Assembly (NCBI GenBank): GCA_028278455.1
Contig: JANQEH010000308.1
Span: 13,491-77,490 of the forward strand
Length of the DNA stretch: 64,000 nucleotides
Direction of reading: 5' to 3'
DNA from: a bacterium
Lineage (GTDB): Bacteria; SM23-31
Shown here: in pieces, positions 48,109 to 57,353 of the stretch
Layout: every line of letters starts with the position of its first letter
Numbering within the stretch: position 1 is the first letter of the stretch
Translations under genes and position numbers: made by a program
The notes under the pieces: model-generated
Seen by the model: the letters and a program-made list of their open reading frames with translations, nothing else
The model's database searches: none
Told to the model about the DNA's origin: nothing

Positions 48109-50723
48109 TGCAAAAGCGCCCTACGGGAATAGCAAAATGGCTTCTGCATTCTCTTGTCGGCAGGGAGTCCCATTACTCATGTCTCGGTGATTTAGAGGAG
48201 TTATATAATGAAATCAGGGAGAAAAGCGGGAGTATCTACGCCGGTCTCTGGTTTTACTGGCAGCTGATCTGGATCCTCAGCCTAAGGACAAAAAACTCAA
48301 TACACTGGAGCGCTGTTATGTTTAAGAACTACCTTAAAATCGCAGTAAGAAATATCAATAAGAACAGGGGATACTCTTTTCTAAATATCATGGGTCTCGC
48401 AGTCGGTATAGCAGTCTGTATACTTATTTTTACATACATCGTATTCGAGCTGAATTTTGACAGGTTTCACGATAATGCAGATGATATTTACAGACTCACC
48501 TTACAGGCAAGTTTCGCCGGGCAGAATTTACATACGGCTACCTCGAGCGCACCTGCTGCGGCTGCCATTACATCAGATTATCCGGAAGTCGTTAATGCCG
48601 CAAGATTCTATGATGCAGCCCGGGTACCGGTTGCGTATGGGAATAAGACTTTTATCGAGGAAGAAATGTTGTATGGTGATAATTCTGTGTTTGAGATATT
48701 TACTTTTCCAATAATCAACGGGGATAATAAAACGCCTCTAGTAAGGCCTTTCACGGCTGTTATCTCTGAAGGGATCGCCCGTAAATACTTTGAAGACGAA
48801 GATCCTGTTGGTAAGATCCTGAAAATGAATAATATCAGCGATTATGAAATAACTGCGGTTATGAAGAACATACCGCCAGATTCACATATAGATTTTGACA
48901 TTCTTTTATCATTTGAAACGTTGTATTCTAAGCGTAAAGGACAAGTCGAGGCCTGGGTTCCATTGAATTATCATACTTATGTATTGCTTCAGGAAAATTA
49001 CGACCATAATTTACTGAATGCCAAGATGCCTGATTTCATTCAGAGATATATGGGTGACCTTCTGAAAGCGATAGGCGGAACCGGTATATATGAACTACAA
49101 CCATTTACCGATATACATCTGCATTCACATCTTGAATCAGAAATGTCTGCAAACAGCAGTTATTATTATATATATATATTTGCTGTTACGGCAGTTCTGA
49201 TCCTCTTACTTGCGTGTATAAATTTCATGAATCTAAGTACAGCACGGTCGCTATCCAGGGCCAGGGAGATCGGGATCAGAAAAGTAATGGGATCCTATAA
49301 GGGTAACCTGATCAGGCAGTTTCTGGGTGAAGCGGTTCTATATAGTGTGGTCTCCCTGGTTATCGCTTTATTTATTGTCAAGCTTTCAATGCCCTTTTTC
49401 AGAACTATCACAGGCCGGGAAATAGCTTTCAGCTATATTGAGCCTGTTTGGCTATTACCTGTGTTTTTTCTTGCTGCTGTTGGAGTAGGAATTATTGCCG
49501 GTAGTTATCCTGCATTTTTTCTATCGTCATTCAAACCGATAGAGGTCCTCAAGAATAAGATCGGCAGAACAGGTATGTCGGATATAAAGATCAGGAATTC
49601 GCTGGTCGTATTTCAATTCGTGATCTCTATTGCACTAATAATCGGGACTCTGGTTATCTATCAGCAGCTGATTTTCATGAAGGAGGAAAGACTCGGTTTT
49701 AATAAAGAGAATGTTTTAGTTATCCCTCTTAAAGGAAATATAGATAGGGGATCCGTTCCGAGGATCCAGGAAAAGATAATGCAGCATAACGGTATTTCCA
49801 GTGTAACATTTTCATCTAAGGCGCTTTTCGGAGAACAAAGTGGAGATATATTCATAGCTGATGGTTCTGCTGATGAGCATACAATAATAATGGGAAATAT
49901 AAATACGGATCATGAATTTCTCGAGACTGCTCAGTTGGAGTTGATCGACGGAAGGAACTTCTCCCCGGAGCTTATCAGCGAGGAAAATAAAGCAGTCCTG
50001 ATCAACGAAACGGCAGCTAGAAGATTCGGTATGGAAGATCCGGTAGGGAAAAAGATCGTACACTTAACGGATACAGGACCTGAAGGAAGACACGTAAAGA
50101 CAGTTGTAGGTCTGGTGAAAGATTTTCATATTCAGTCTATGCACAGTCTGATAGAGCCGATAGTTATCAATTTTGGTTTGTGGGACCTGAACTTTATGAT
50201 GGTAAGAATAGAATCAGGAAATCCTTCTGACGTATTTCAATATCTCGAAAAATGCTGGGAGGAGATCGATCCGGTACATTCATTTGACTATTATTTTCTC
50301 GATGAAGCATACGACAGACAGTACAGAGCTGAAGAGAAACTTGTGCAGATATTTACTAATTTCAGTCTTCTCGGCATCCTTATCGCCTGCCTTGGGCTGC
50401 TTGGGCTTTCAGCATACTCAGCTCAGCAGAAAACAAAAGAGATAGGAATAAGGAAAGTATTGGGAGCAAAAGTATCCGGCATTCTGTACATGCTGAACCG
50501 GGAATTGTTAAAGCTGATTGCCATAGCTGCAGGAATAGCCTGTCCTGTTTCTTATATACTGATCACGAAATGGTTGGAGAACTTCCCCTACAGGATGGAG
50601 CCGGGTCCGTCTGTATTTATCCTGTCTCTTGTAATAATAATTATTATTGCAATTATAACCGTATTGGTTCAGGCCGTCAAGGCCGCCCTGGCAAATCCCG
50701 TGAGATCGCTGAGATATGAATAA
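48108..50723 (+). CDS. Duplicated FtsX-domain permease (ADOP-type), paralog 3 of 4
   Basis: 871 aa with N-terminal motif HYSCLGDLEELYNE. Its ATG shares one nt with the upstream TAA stop. Confidence 0.8.
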   Translation: MQKRPTGIAKWLLHSLVGRESHYSCLGDLEELYNEIREKSGSIYAGLWFYWQLIWILSLRTKNSIHWSAVMFKNYLKIAVRNINKNRGYSFLNIMGLAVGIAVCILIFTYIVFELNFDRFHDNADDIYRLTLQASFAGQNLHTATSSAPAAAAITSDYPEVVNAARFYDAARVPVAYGNKTFIEEEMLYGDNSVFEIFTFPIINGDNKTPLVRPFTAVISEGIARKYFEDEDPVGKILKMNNISDYEITAVMKNIPPDSHIDFDILLSFETLYSKRKGQVEAWVPLNYHTYVLLQENYDHNLLNAKMPDFIQRYMGDLLKAIGGTGIYELQPFTDIHLHSHLESEMSANSSYYYIYIFAVTAVLILLLACINFMNLSTARSLSRAREIGIRKVMGSYKGNLIRQFLGEAVLYSVVSLVIALFIVKLSMPFFRTITGREIAFSYIEPVWLLPVFFLAAVGVGIIAGSYPAFFLSSFKPIEVLKNKIGRTGMSDIKIRNSLVVFQFVISIALIIGTLVIYQQLIFMKEERLGFNKENVLVIPLKGNIDRGSVPRIQEKIMQHNGISSVTFSSKALFGEQSGDIFIADGSADEHTIIMGNINTDHEFLETAQLELIDGRNFSPELISEENKAVLINETAARRFGMEDPVGKKIVHLTDTGPEGRHVKTVVGLVKDFHIQSMHSLIEPIVINFGLWDLNFMMVRIESGNPSDVFQYLEKCWEEIDPVHSFDYYFLDEAYDRQYRAEEKLVQIFTNFSLLGILIACLGLLGLSAYSAQQKTKEIGIRKVLGAKVSGILYMLNRELLKLIAIAAGIACPVSYILITKWLENFPYRMEPGPSVFILSLVIIIIIAIITVLVQAVKAALANPVRSLRYE

Positions 50724-53316
50724 GGGTAATCAAAAACCGCCGGTAACGGCAAAGTTCTTCTTAATGCTCCTGCTTAAGAGGTCAGATCATTATTCCTATT
50801 TCGGGGATATCGAGGAGATGTATAATGACCTTGCAGAGAGGAAGGGGCTCTTTCAGGCATCTATTTGGTACTGGAGCCAGGCCTTGAAGTTAATTCCGGG
50901 TTTCATTGCAGATTCAATTCAAGGGAGTATAACAATGTTTAAGAGCTATTTTAAGACCGGGATCAGAAACCTATTGAGATATAAATTTTATTCATTCATA
51001 AATATTTTCGGATTTGCGATAGGTATAACGGCATGTATTCTTATTTTTTTAGTTGCAGATTATGTGCTCTCTTATGATTCATTCCATGAAAAAATAGATG
51101 AAATTTATTATGCTTGCAGAGAAGAGATAGTACCAAACGGTATTCATGTAAGTTATGTAACTCAATTAAGACTCATTGAGGAAATATTGAGTGGATATCC
51201 CGAAGTGGAATCCGGTACAAGAATATATGGGACATATCCAGTTGTTCAATATAAGGATCTAAAGTTCAATACAGAAATCGCTTATGTTGACACTTCATTT
51301 TTTAATATTTTTTCATTCAGGATTTTAAAAGGAAATCCGGCAGATGCATGTAAAATAAGAAACAATGTAATTATAACTGAAAATATTGCAACAAAGTTTT
51401 TCGGTGACGAAGATCCAATTGGAAAAATCCTTAATGTCGATTACGATAAAGACTTTATAGTTGGTGGTGTTATCGAAAATATACCGGGGAATTCCTCTTT
51501 TGACTTCGATATCCTCGCCCCCTTTGAGAATGCATGGGAACTGCAGGAAGTCCGGAGATGGGATTCATTCAGCAGTTCATTTCTAAGAACATTTCTTATA
51601 ATAGATGATCCTGAGACCGCAGAGGCTCTGGAAAGGAAATTTAGTTCGATTATCGAAAAGAATCTTGGTGAAGATGCTGCAAAAGAGCAAAGGATTGGTC
51701 TGATTCCTTTTTCTGATTATCATGCATCAAGATCCAACGATAATAAATATGCCCAGGCCTTGCTGGCAATGGGTGCGTCTGTCCTGATTATAGCTATTCT
51801 GAATTTTGTAAATCTTTCAACGGCAAAATCATTTTACCGTTCACGAGAAATAGGGATGCGCAAGGTTCTGGGAGCTGTAAGGTTTCAGTTGATCAAACAG
51901 ATTATTTTAGAGTCAGTTATCATTGCAGTAATAGCATCATTAGGAGCAGTTATTTCAGTCGGACTCATTGTGCCGGTGTTAAAAGATTTCACAGGCCTGG
52001 ATATTATGTTCAATCCTCTTGGAAGCGTTTCAAATCTGATTTATCTTGTTATTTTCATACTTACAATTGGAATCATTTCGGGATTGATACCGGCATTATA
52101 TTTATCAAAAAACAGACCGGTTGAATCCTTAAAGGGAAGCCTAAAGGCAGGTGACTTAGGGATAACACTGAGAAATATTTTTGTACTGGTACAGTTTACT
52201 TTTTCTGTTATTTTAATAATATCTTCAACGGTAATATGGAGTCAGCTTGATTACATGAGAAATTTTGATATTGGGCTGGATAAAAACAACGTAATTGCTT
52301 TACGCATGTCAGTCAGGGATTTTCCTGAAACAGAAAATGCATTAATGAGATTCGAAACTTTCAAGAACGAGATAACTCAGGGGGAAAATATACAGAATGC
52401 TTCGTTTTCTATGAACGTACCCGGAGTCAATAACACAACTCGAAGGACAAATGCAGTACCCGCCGGAAGTTCGAAAGAGAATGAAATAACTGCTAATATA
52501 CTTGTAGTTGACGAACAATATTTTGAAACTTATAGAATTAGCTTTTTTAAGGGAAGGAGCTTTGCTGAAGATTACATTGTTGACAGACAGGGAAGAACTA
52601 TTGTAATTAATAAAACAATGTACAATCTGATCGGTGATTCCGAAATAATTGGGAAGAGTATAAAAGTCTACGGTAATTTACATGAAGTTGTAGGTGTGAT
52701 AAATGATTACAATTTCAGGTCCCTGCATGATGAAGTAAATCCGCTTGTGTTTTTTTGCGGTTCTAAAAACAATATATATCCAAATCACTTATCTATTCGT
52801 ACAGACGGATCCAATATGAATGAAGTTCTCAAATTTATTCAGAATAAATGGGGAGAATTATTCCCTGACAAAGACTTCGAATACTTCTTTGTAGAAGAGC
52901 GTTTTGATTCCTTATATGATACAGATCAGAAACTGGGTAGTGTTTCAGGCTGGTTTTCGGTCATATCAATTGCCCTCGCAAGTCTCGGGCTTTACGGTTT
53001 GTTCTCGTTCACAGTAGTAAAAAGGACTAAAGAAGTCGGTGTCCGCAAGGTTCTTGGAGCTACTGTTTCACAGGTGGTTGGAACGCTTTCCGGCAAATTT
53101 GTCTTACTTATTCTTGCATCAAATATTGTTGCCTGGCCTGCAGCGTATTATATCATGAACAAATGGCTTCAGCTTTTTGCATTCAGAATGGATATAGATA
53201 TAGTTCATTTTCTTGTTTCGGGATCAATTGCATTTACTATAGCTTTCCTTACGATCTTTCTTCAGGCGGCCAGGGCCTCCCTGAGCGATCCTGTTGATGC
53301 CCTCAGATATGAATAA
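50716..53316 (+). CDS. Duplicated FtsX-domain permease (ADOP-type), paralog 4 of 4
   Basis: 866 aa with N-terminal motif HYSYFGDIEEMYND. It overlaps paralog 3 by 8 nt. Confidence 0.8.
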   Translation: MNKGNQKPPVTAKFFLMLLLKRSDHYSYFGDIEEMYNDLAERKGLFQASIWYWSQALKLIPGFIADSIQGSITMFKSYFKTGIRNLLRYKFYSFINIFGFAIGITACILIFLVADYVLSYDSFHEKIDEIYYACREEIVPNGIHVSYVTQLRLIEEILSGYPEVESGTRIYGTYPVVQYKDLKFNTEIAYVDTSFFNIFSFRILKGNPADACKIRNNVIITENIATKFFGDEDPIGKILNVDYDKDFIVGGVIENIPGNSSFDFDILAPFENAWELQEVRRWDSFSSSFLRTFLIIDDPETAEALERKFSSIIEKNLGEDAAKEQRIGLIPFSDYHASRSNDNKYAQALLAMGASVLIIAILNFVNLSTAKSFYRSREIGMRKVLGAVRFQLIKQIILESVIIAVIASLGAVISVGLIVPVLKDFTGLDIMFNPLGSVSNLIYLVIFILTIGIISGLIPALYLSKNRPVESLKGSLKAGDLGITLRNIFVLVQFTFSVILIISSTVIWSQLDYMRNFDIGLDKNNVIALRMSVRDFPETENALMRFETFKNEITQGENIQNASFSMNVPGVNNTTRRTNAVPAGSSKENEITANILVVDEQYFETYRISFFKGRSFAEDYIVDRQGRTIVINKTMYNLIGDSEIIGKSIKVYGNLHEVVGVINDYNFRSLHDEVNPLVFFCGSKNNIYPNHLSIRTDGSNMNEVLKFIQNKWGELFPDKDFEYFFVEERFDSLYDTDQKLGSVSGWFSVISIALASLGLYGLFSFTVVKRTKEVGVRKVLGATVSQVVGTLSGKFVLLILASNIVAWPAAYYIMNKWLQLFAFRMDIDIVHFLVSGSIAFTIAFLTIFLQAARASLSDPVDALRYE

Positions 53317-53385
53317 GTTTATCTACCGGTAGAATTGGAAAATATTATATTACAAAAAAATTCGGACTTTTTCGGGAACAAAGAG

Positions 53386-53403
53386 TTACTACATGTCGTA
53401 GTA
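53386..53403. promoter_or_regulatory. Candidate BlaI operator dyad TTACTAC-ATGTC-GTAGTA upstream of blaI
   Basis: A 6-bp perfect inverted repeat with a 5-nt spacer lies 9-26 nt upstream of the blaI start. It shares the TTACTAC-N5-GTAGTA core with the perfect 13-bp inverted repeat at 54898..54928. Confidence 0.45.
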
Positions 53404-53411
53404 TAACTAAA

Positions 53412-53849
53412 TTGAATTTTCGGTCAATGAAAAACTATTCATTTACATTCAATCCCAGGAAGAAAGGGATACGCCAGATTCTCGGTGACCTTGAAGCCGA
53501 TATAATGGAATTAATCTGGAAGAAAGGTGATCTTACGGTCAGAGATGTTTATGAAAATCTCAGGCATGACAGGGAGATCGCTTATACTACTGTCATGACA
53601 GTCATGTCCCGTCTGGCTGAGAAAAGCCTTCTCGAGAAGATCAAATCCGGATCGGCCTATATTTACAGACCTATGGTTTCAGAATCGGAATTTACTCAGT
53701 CCACCGTAAAGAAAGTCATGAAAAGCCTGCTCGAGGATTTTGCCGTTCCATCAATGAACCAGTTCATAGATTTTTTTGAAGAAGATCCTGGAAAGATGGA
53801 TGAACTCGCAAAATTAATAGAAAAGAAGAGAAAAGATAAAGATGTTTAG
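53412..53849 (+). CDS. BlaI/MecI/CopY-family transcriptional repressor
   Basis: …ILGDLEADIMELIWKKGDLTVRDVYENL…AYTTVMTVMSRLAEKSLL… is the penicillinase-repressor winged helix. Size 145 aa. It overlaps the downstream M56 gene by 8 nt. Confidence 0.85.
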   Translation: MNFRSMKNYSFTFNPRKKGIRQILGDLEADIMELIWKKGDLTVRDVYENLRHDREIAYTTVMTVMSRLAEKSLLEKIKSGSAYIYRPMVSESEFTQSTVKKVMKSLLEDFAVPSMNQFIDFFEEDPGKMDELAKLIEKKRKDKDV

Positions 53850-54888
53850 CTGGTTTTTAATGAAATATATTATGTTAAAGATCAACTGGAATCTCCTGGT
53901 GATTAATTACACCAATACACCAGTGATTACTGTCCTTAAGATAACTTCTCTCGTTATGTTTATCTATTTTTGCGCAAAATGTATCGCACACAGCCTCATA
54001 TTTATCCGGTTGAGAAAGCAGCACGCGGTAATTAAGCCGCATGATGAACCTGAATTCTACAGGCTTGTGCGCAAACTGGTACGAAAGATAGGATTAAAGA
54101 GAACACCAGCTCTATATTATTTCTCAGATAAAAAGCCGCTGATCTTCACTATCGGCATTTTCAATCCGGCCGTTTTTATTTCAAGGAAACTGCTATCAGG
54201 ACTGAATTACAGTGAATTGACAGCTGTAATGTCCCACGAGCTTACCCATATAAAACGAAAAGACGGTATTTTTAACAGAATCATGCAGTTCATTCCGGTA
54301 TTGATACCTCCAGCCCTGGTTCTGCTTTTCGGAAGAGTTATGATGATGGAGCAGTATACGCAATTGTTCTGGTATTTGCTGACATTCGTTCTGCTGTTAT
54401 CATACCGGCTGTTTATTTACGAAGGTTTCAACCGTGACAGGGAAACATCCTGCGATGATCTTACACTGAAGATTATAAATGATCCCCTTCTCCTGGCCGA
54501 ATCGATTATGAAAGTATGGGAATCGGGTAAAAACCTTCCTGTATATAACTGGAGGCTTGCTCTGGCATCGGTAAGGCCCTTCGCGGCAGACAATTCAGGC
54601 CATACCGGGAGAATTAAGAGATTGATAAATTACCGAAAACCGTACTTGAAGATAGCGCTGAAGAAATTGTTTGTCCTGAGTTTTGCAGCGGGTTTTATAC
54701 CACTGTCTATATTTGTCTGGGATTACAATACCGGGAGAATCCATGCAGGTATGGACTTAGTGGTGGAAAAGGATAAAGTAAAGATGAAAGTTGAGAGTGT
54801 GGTTATCCAGAGAATGGACAGGGACGATATATCAATTCGTGTATGGACCACAAAGAAACCTCGCGCAAGTTATTATATAAAAAGATAA
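53842..54888 (+). CDS. BlaR1-like M56-family membrane zinc metalloprotease (signal transducer) without a C-terminal penicillin-binding sensor domain
   Basis: Four TM helices with the HEXXH motif (MSHELTHIKRKD) in the cytoplasmic loop. At 348 aa it has no room for a transpeptidase-like sensor domain. Confidence 0.8.
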   Translation: MFSWFLMKYIMLKINWNLLVINYTNTPVITVLKITSLVMFIYFCAKCIAHSLIFIRLRKQHAVIKPHDEPEFYRLVRKLVRKIGLKRTPALYYFSDKKPLIFTIGIFNPAVFISRKLLSGLNYSELTAVMSHELTHIKRKDGIFNRIMQFIPVLIPPALVLLFGRVMMMEQYTQLFWYLLTFVLLLSYRLFIYEGFNRDRETSCDDLTLKIINDPLLLAESIMKVWESGKNLPVYNWRLALASVRPFAADNSGHTGRIKRLINYRKPYLKIALKKLFVLSFAAGFIPLSIFVWDYNTGRIHAGMDLVVEKDKVKMKVESVVIQRMDRDDISIRVWTTKKPRASYYIKR

Positions 54889-54897
54889 TTTTTTTGA

Positions 54898-54928
54898 CCT
54901 CAATTACTACGCAATGTAGTAATTGAGG
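54898..54928. promoter_or_regulatory. Perfect 13-bp inverted repeat CCTCAATTACTAC-gcaat-GTAGTAATTGAGG, a candidate BlaI operator, followed by an extended -10 (TGATATAAT, 54931..54939)
   Basis: Read directly from the sequence. It lies between blaR1 and the first NHL-propeller gene, and its core matches the dyad upstream of blaI. Confidence 0.55.
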
Positions 54929-54939
54929 GGTGATATAAT

Positions 54940-56091
54940 ATGACAGGAATGCAGTCAAAGATGATATTTGTTACGGTCTTATTAAGCTTAAGTTCGATAT
55001 TTGCGTTCTCGTATCAGGATATTTCTCAGGTACAGAAAATCGAGCTTATACGTACTATCGGAGATATCGAATCTGCCGATGAAAATTATATGTTTTATTT
55101 ACCGTCTGATATTGCTGCTGATATGAATGGTAATATCTACATACTTGATTCGGGTAACCACAGGATTCAGAAATTCGATCCGGAAGGAATATTCGTCAGA
55201 ACGTTTGGGGTGGAAGGCCAGGGCCCCGGTGAGTTCAGGTATCCGAGCTCACTTGATATTGACAAAAGCGGAAATCTCTATATTTCTGACCAGGGCAACT
55301 ACCGTATCCAGATGCTTGATAAAGACGGGTGCAGTATAACGACAATAAGAAGAGAAGCAGGAACAGGTGGATTGAGGATTCTGGAGGACAACAAGATTCT
55401 AATCGGTAGAGTTTCCGGAATCATGGGGCAGATAGCTGGAGGATCAGCATTCAGGGATAATTCTGCGGGAATTATTAACCGGGAAGGAAATATTCTTACC
55501 CGCTTTAGTACCAGTGTTGATTTCAAAGACCTAATGATGAACAGGCTTGGCAATGAAGTCCATATTTCTAACGGTCCAGACGGTTCAATTTATTTATGTT
55601 ACGCTTATCAGAACAGGATCGAGAAGTATTCTCAAACAGGTCGGCTATTATTTACTACTTCCAGAACACTTAACTTTGATTCAACACTACCCATAGCACA
55701 AGGAACTGAAGATATAAAAGAAATGATCAGGGTGAATGAACCCGAGATGAATCTTTGTTCAAATGGAATCTCTGTAGACCGGAAAAACAGGATGTGGATT
55801 ATTACCCCTCTACGTCAAATGAAAGATTGTGAGAGGGTACAGACAAATATGAACATTAGAAGGGATTCATCGGGCAATAAGGCCTTTTCATTTTCTGTCA
55901 GCGGAGAGACTGGTATTAAAATCACAGATATGTTCTGTCTGGAGGTATTCGATGATATGGGTAAGGTTTCATTCAGGATCAGGCTCAAGCACTTTGCTGA
56001 CGGTATCAGGATTCTGGGGGACAAACTCTACATCCTTGATAGATTCAGGGGAATGCAGTATTACGAATATAAAATAATTGAACAGTTATAA
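54940..56091 (+). CDS. Secreted NHL-repeat 6-bladed beta-propeller protein, tandem paralog 1 of 3
   Basis: Signal peptide present. NHL-repeat signature …GNIYILDSGNHRIQKFD… and …GNLYISDQGNYRIQMLD…. The C-terminal …RGMQYYEYKI motif is shared by all three paralogs. Confidence 0.7.
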   Translation: MTGMQSKMIFVTVLLSLSSIFAFSYQDISQVQKIELIRTIGDIESADENYMFYLPSDIAADMNGNIYILDSGNHRIQKFDPEGIFVRTFGVEGQGPGEFRYPSSLDIDKSGNLYISDQGNYRIQMLDKDGCSITTIRREAGTGGLRILEDNKILIGRVSGIMGQIAGGSAFRDNSAGIINREGNILTRFSTSVDFKDLMMNRLGNEVHISNGPDGSIYLCYAYQNRIEKYSQTGRLLFTTSRTLNFDSTLPIAQGTEDIKEMIRVNEPEMNLCSNGISVDRKNRMWIITPLRQMKDCERVQTNMNIRRDSSGNKAFSFSVSGETGIKITDMFCLEVFDDMGKVSFRIRLKHFADGIRILGDKLYILDRFRGMQYYEYKIIEQL

Positions 56092-56112
56092 ATTAAACTA
56101 ACAGGAGGAATC

Positions 56113-57339
56113 ATGAAGAAAACTATGCAAAACGTAGTGTCACTTGCCCTGATATTGACATTTATATCGGGAGTATCGGCCCAGATACCTGTAAGTGAAG
56201 AAAATCTGGCAGAGGATTTCAAGATCGTTCACAACGGAAAGAAAGGAAAATGGGGTGATGATCCCCGGGTGACATTGGACCTTATAAGAAAGATAGGGGA
56301 TATCGATGCTGAAGAGGAGCACTATCTGTTCTATCTCCCCGTAGATATCGCCAAAGACAGAGAAGGTAATTTATATGTTCTCGATTCCGGAAATCACAGG
56401 ATACAGAAATTCGATCCTAATGGTGGTTATCTGAGGACATTTGGTGAGGAGGGACAGGGTCCCGGTGAATATATGAATCCGATCTCTATCGATATCGATG
56501 ACAGCGGTTATATTTATGTTTCAGACCAGGGAAATTTCAGGATCCAGATTCTTAAACCGGACGGTACAAACCATAAAACGATACTGATGGAGGATGGCGT
56601 AGGAGAATTCAGGTTATCCGATGAAGGCAATATGATTATGGGTGGTGGAGGTTTAATGATTTCAAAAGGAGGAATGATAACCATTGGCGGAGAAGAGGGT
56701 GAGGCCGGAAATCTCGTAAAGATAGTAAAACCTGACGGTTCGATAGAAAGGGAATATGTAAAGGAGCAATTATACAATGACTTCCTGATGAACAGAACAG
56801 GTAACAGGTTTAAATTTGCTGTAGATAAAGACAAGAATACTTATGTTGCGTTCGTTCATCAAAACAGGATAGAGAAATATTCCCCCGATGGAAAACAGCA
56901 GCTTTTCATCGATAGAGAATTGAACTATGATATTTCCAAACCCAAAGAAGGTAAGGCCAAAACAGAAAAAGATGGAAACAATTTCACTCTCAGAATGCCC
57001 AGAATGAACAAGGCATCCAACGGTATTGCAGTTGATGAAAAAGGCAGAATTTGGGTTTGTACGCTTGACCGCCAGATGAAAGATGATGAGGCGGTCAGTA
57101 TGCAGATGGGTGTTACAACTGATGGAGGCAGTACTAAACTCTCTCAGAATGTAGAAGGTAATACTGAGCTGGTAACGACAAATATGTATAAGCTGGAAGT
57201 TTTCAGCCCGGAGGGTGATCTTTTAGGTACCATTCCTCTCACGCATTTCTGTGACCAGATCAAGATAATCGGGGACCGGCTTTTTATTCTCGACAGGTTG
57301 AGAGGTATGAATTACTATGAATATAAAATAAAAGGTTAA
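56113..57339 (+). CDS. Secreted NHL-repeat 6-bladed beta-propeller protein, tandem paralog 2 of 3
   Basis: Signal peptide (…ISGVSA/Q). Motifs …GNLYVLDSGNHRIQKFDPNG…, …GYIYVSDQGNFRIQIL… and the C-terminal RGMNYYEYKIKG. Confidence 0.7.
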   Translation: MKKTMQNVVSLALILTFISGVSAQIPVSEENLAEDFKIVHNGKKGKWGDDPRVTLDLIRKIGDIDAEEEHYLFYLPVDIAKDREGNLYVLDSGNHRIQKFDPNGGYLRTFGEEGQGPGEYMNPISIDIDDSGYIYVSDQGNFRIQILKPDGTNHKTILMEDGVGEFRLSDEGNMIMGGGGLMISKGGMITIGGEEGEAGNLVKIVKPDGSIEREYVKEQLYNDFLMNRTGNRFKFAVDKDKNTYVAFVHQNRIEKYSPDGKQQLFIDRELNYDISKPKEGKAKTEKDGNNFTLRMPRMNKASNGIAVDEKGRIWVCTLDRQMKDDEAVSMQMGVTTDGGSTKLSQNVEGNTELVTTNMYKLEVFSPEGDLLGTIPLTHFCDQIKIIGDRLFILDRLRGMNYYEYKIKG

Positions 57340-57353
57340 AATAGGGGAAGACC

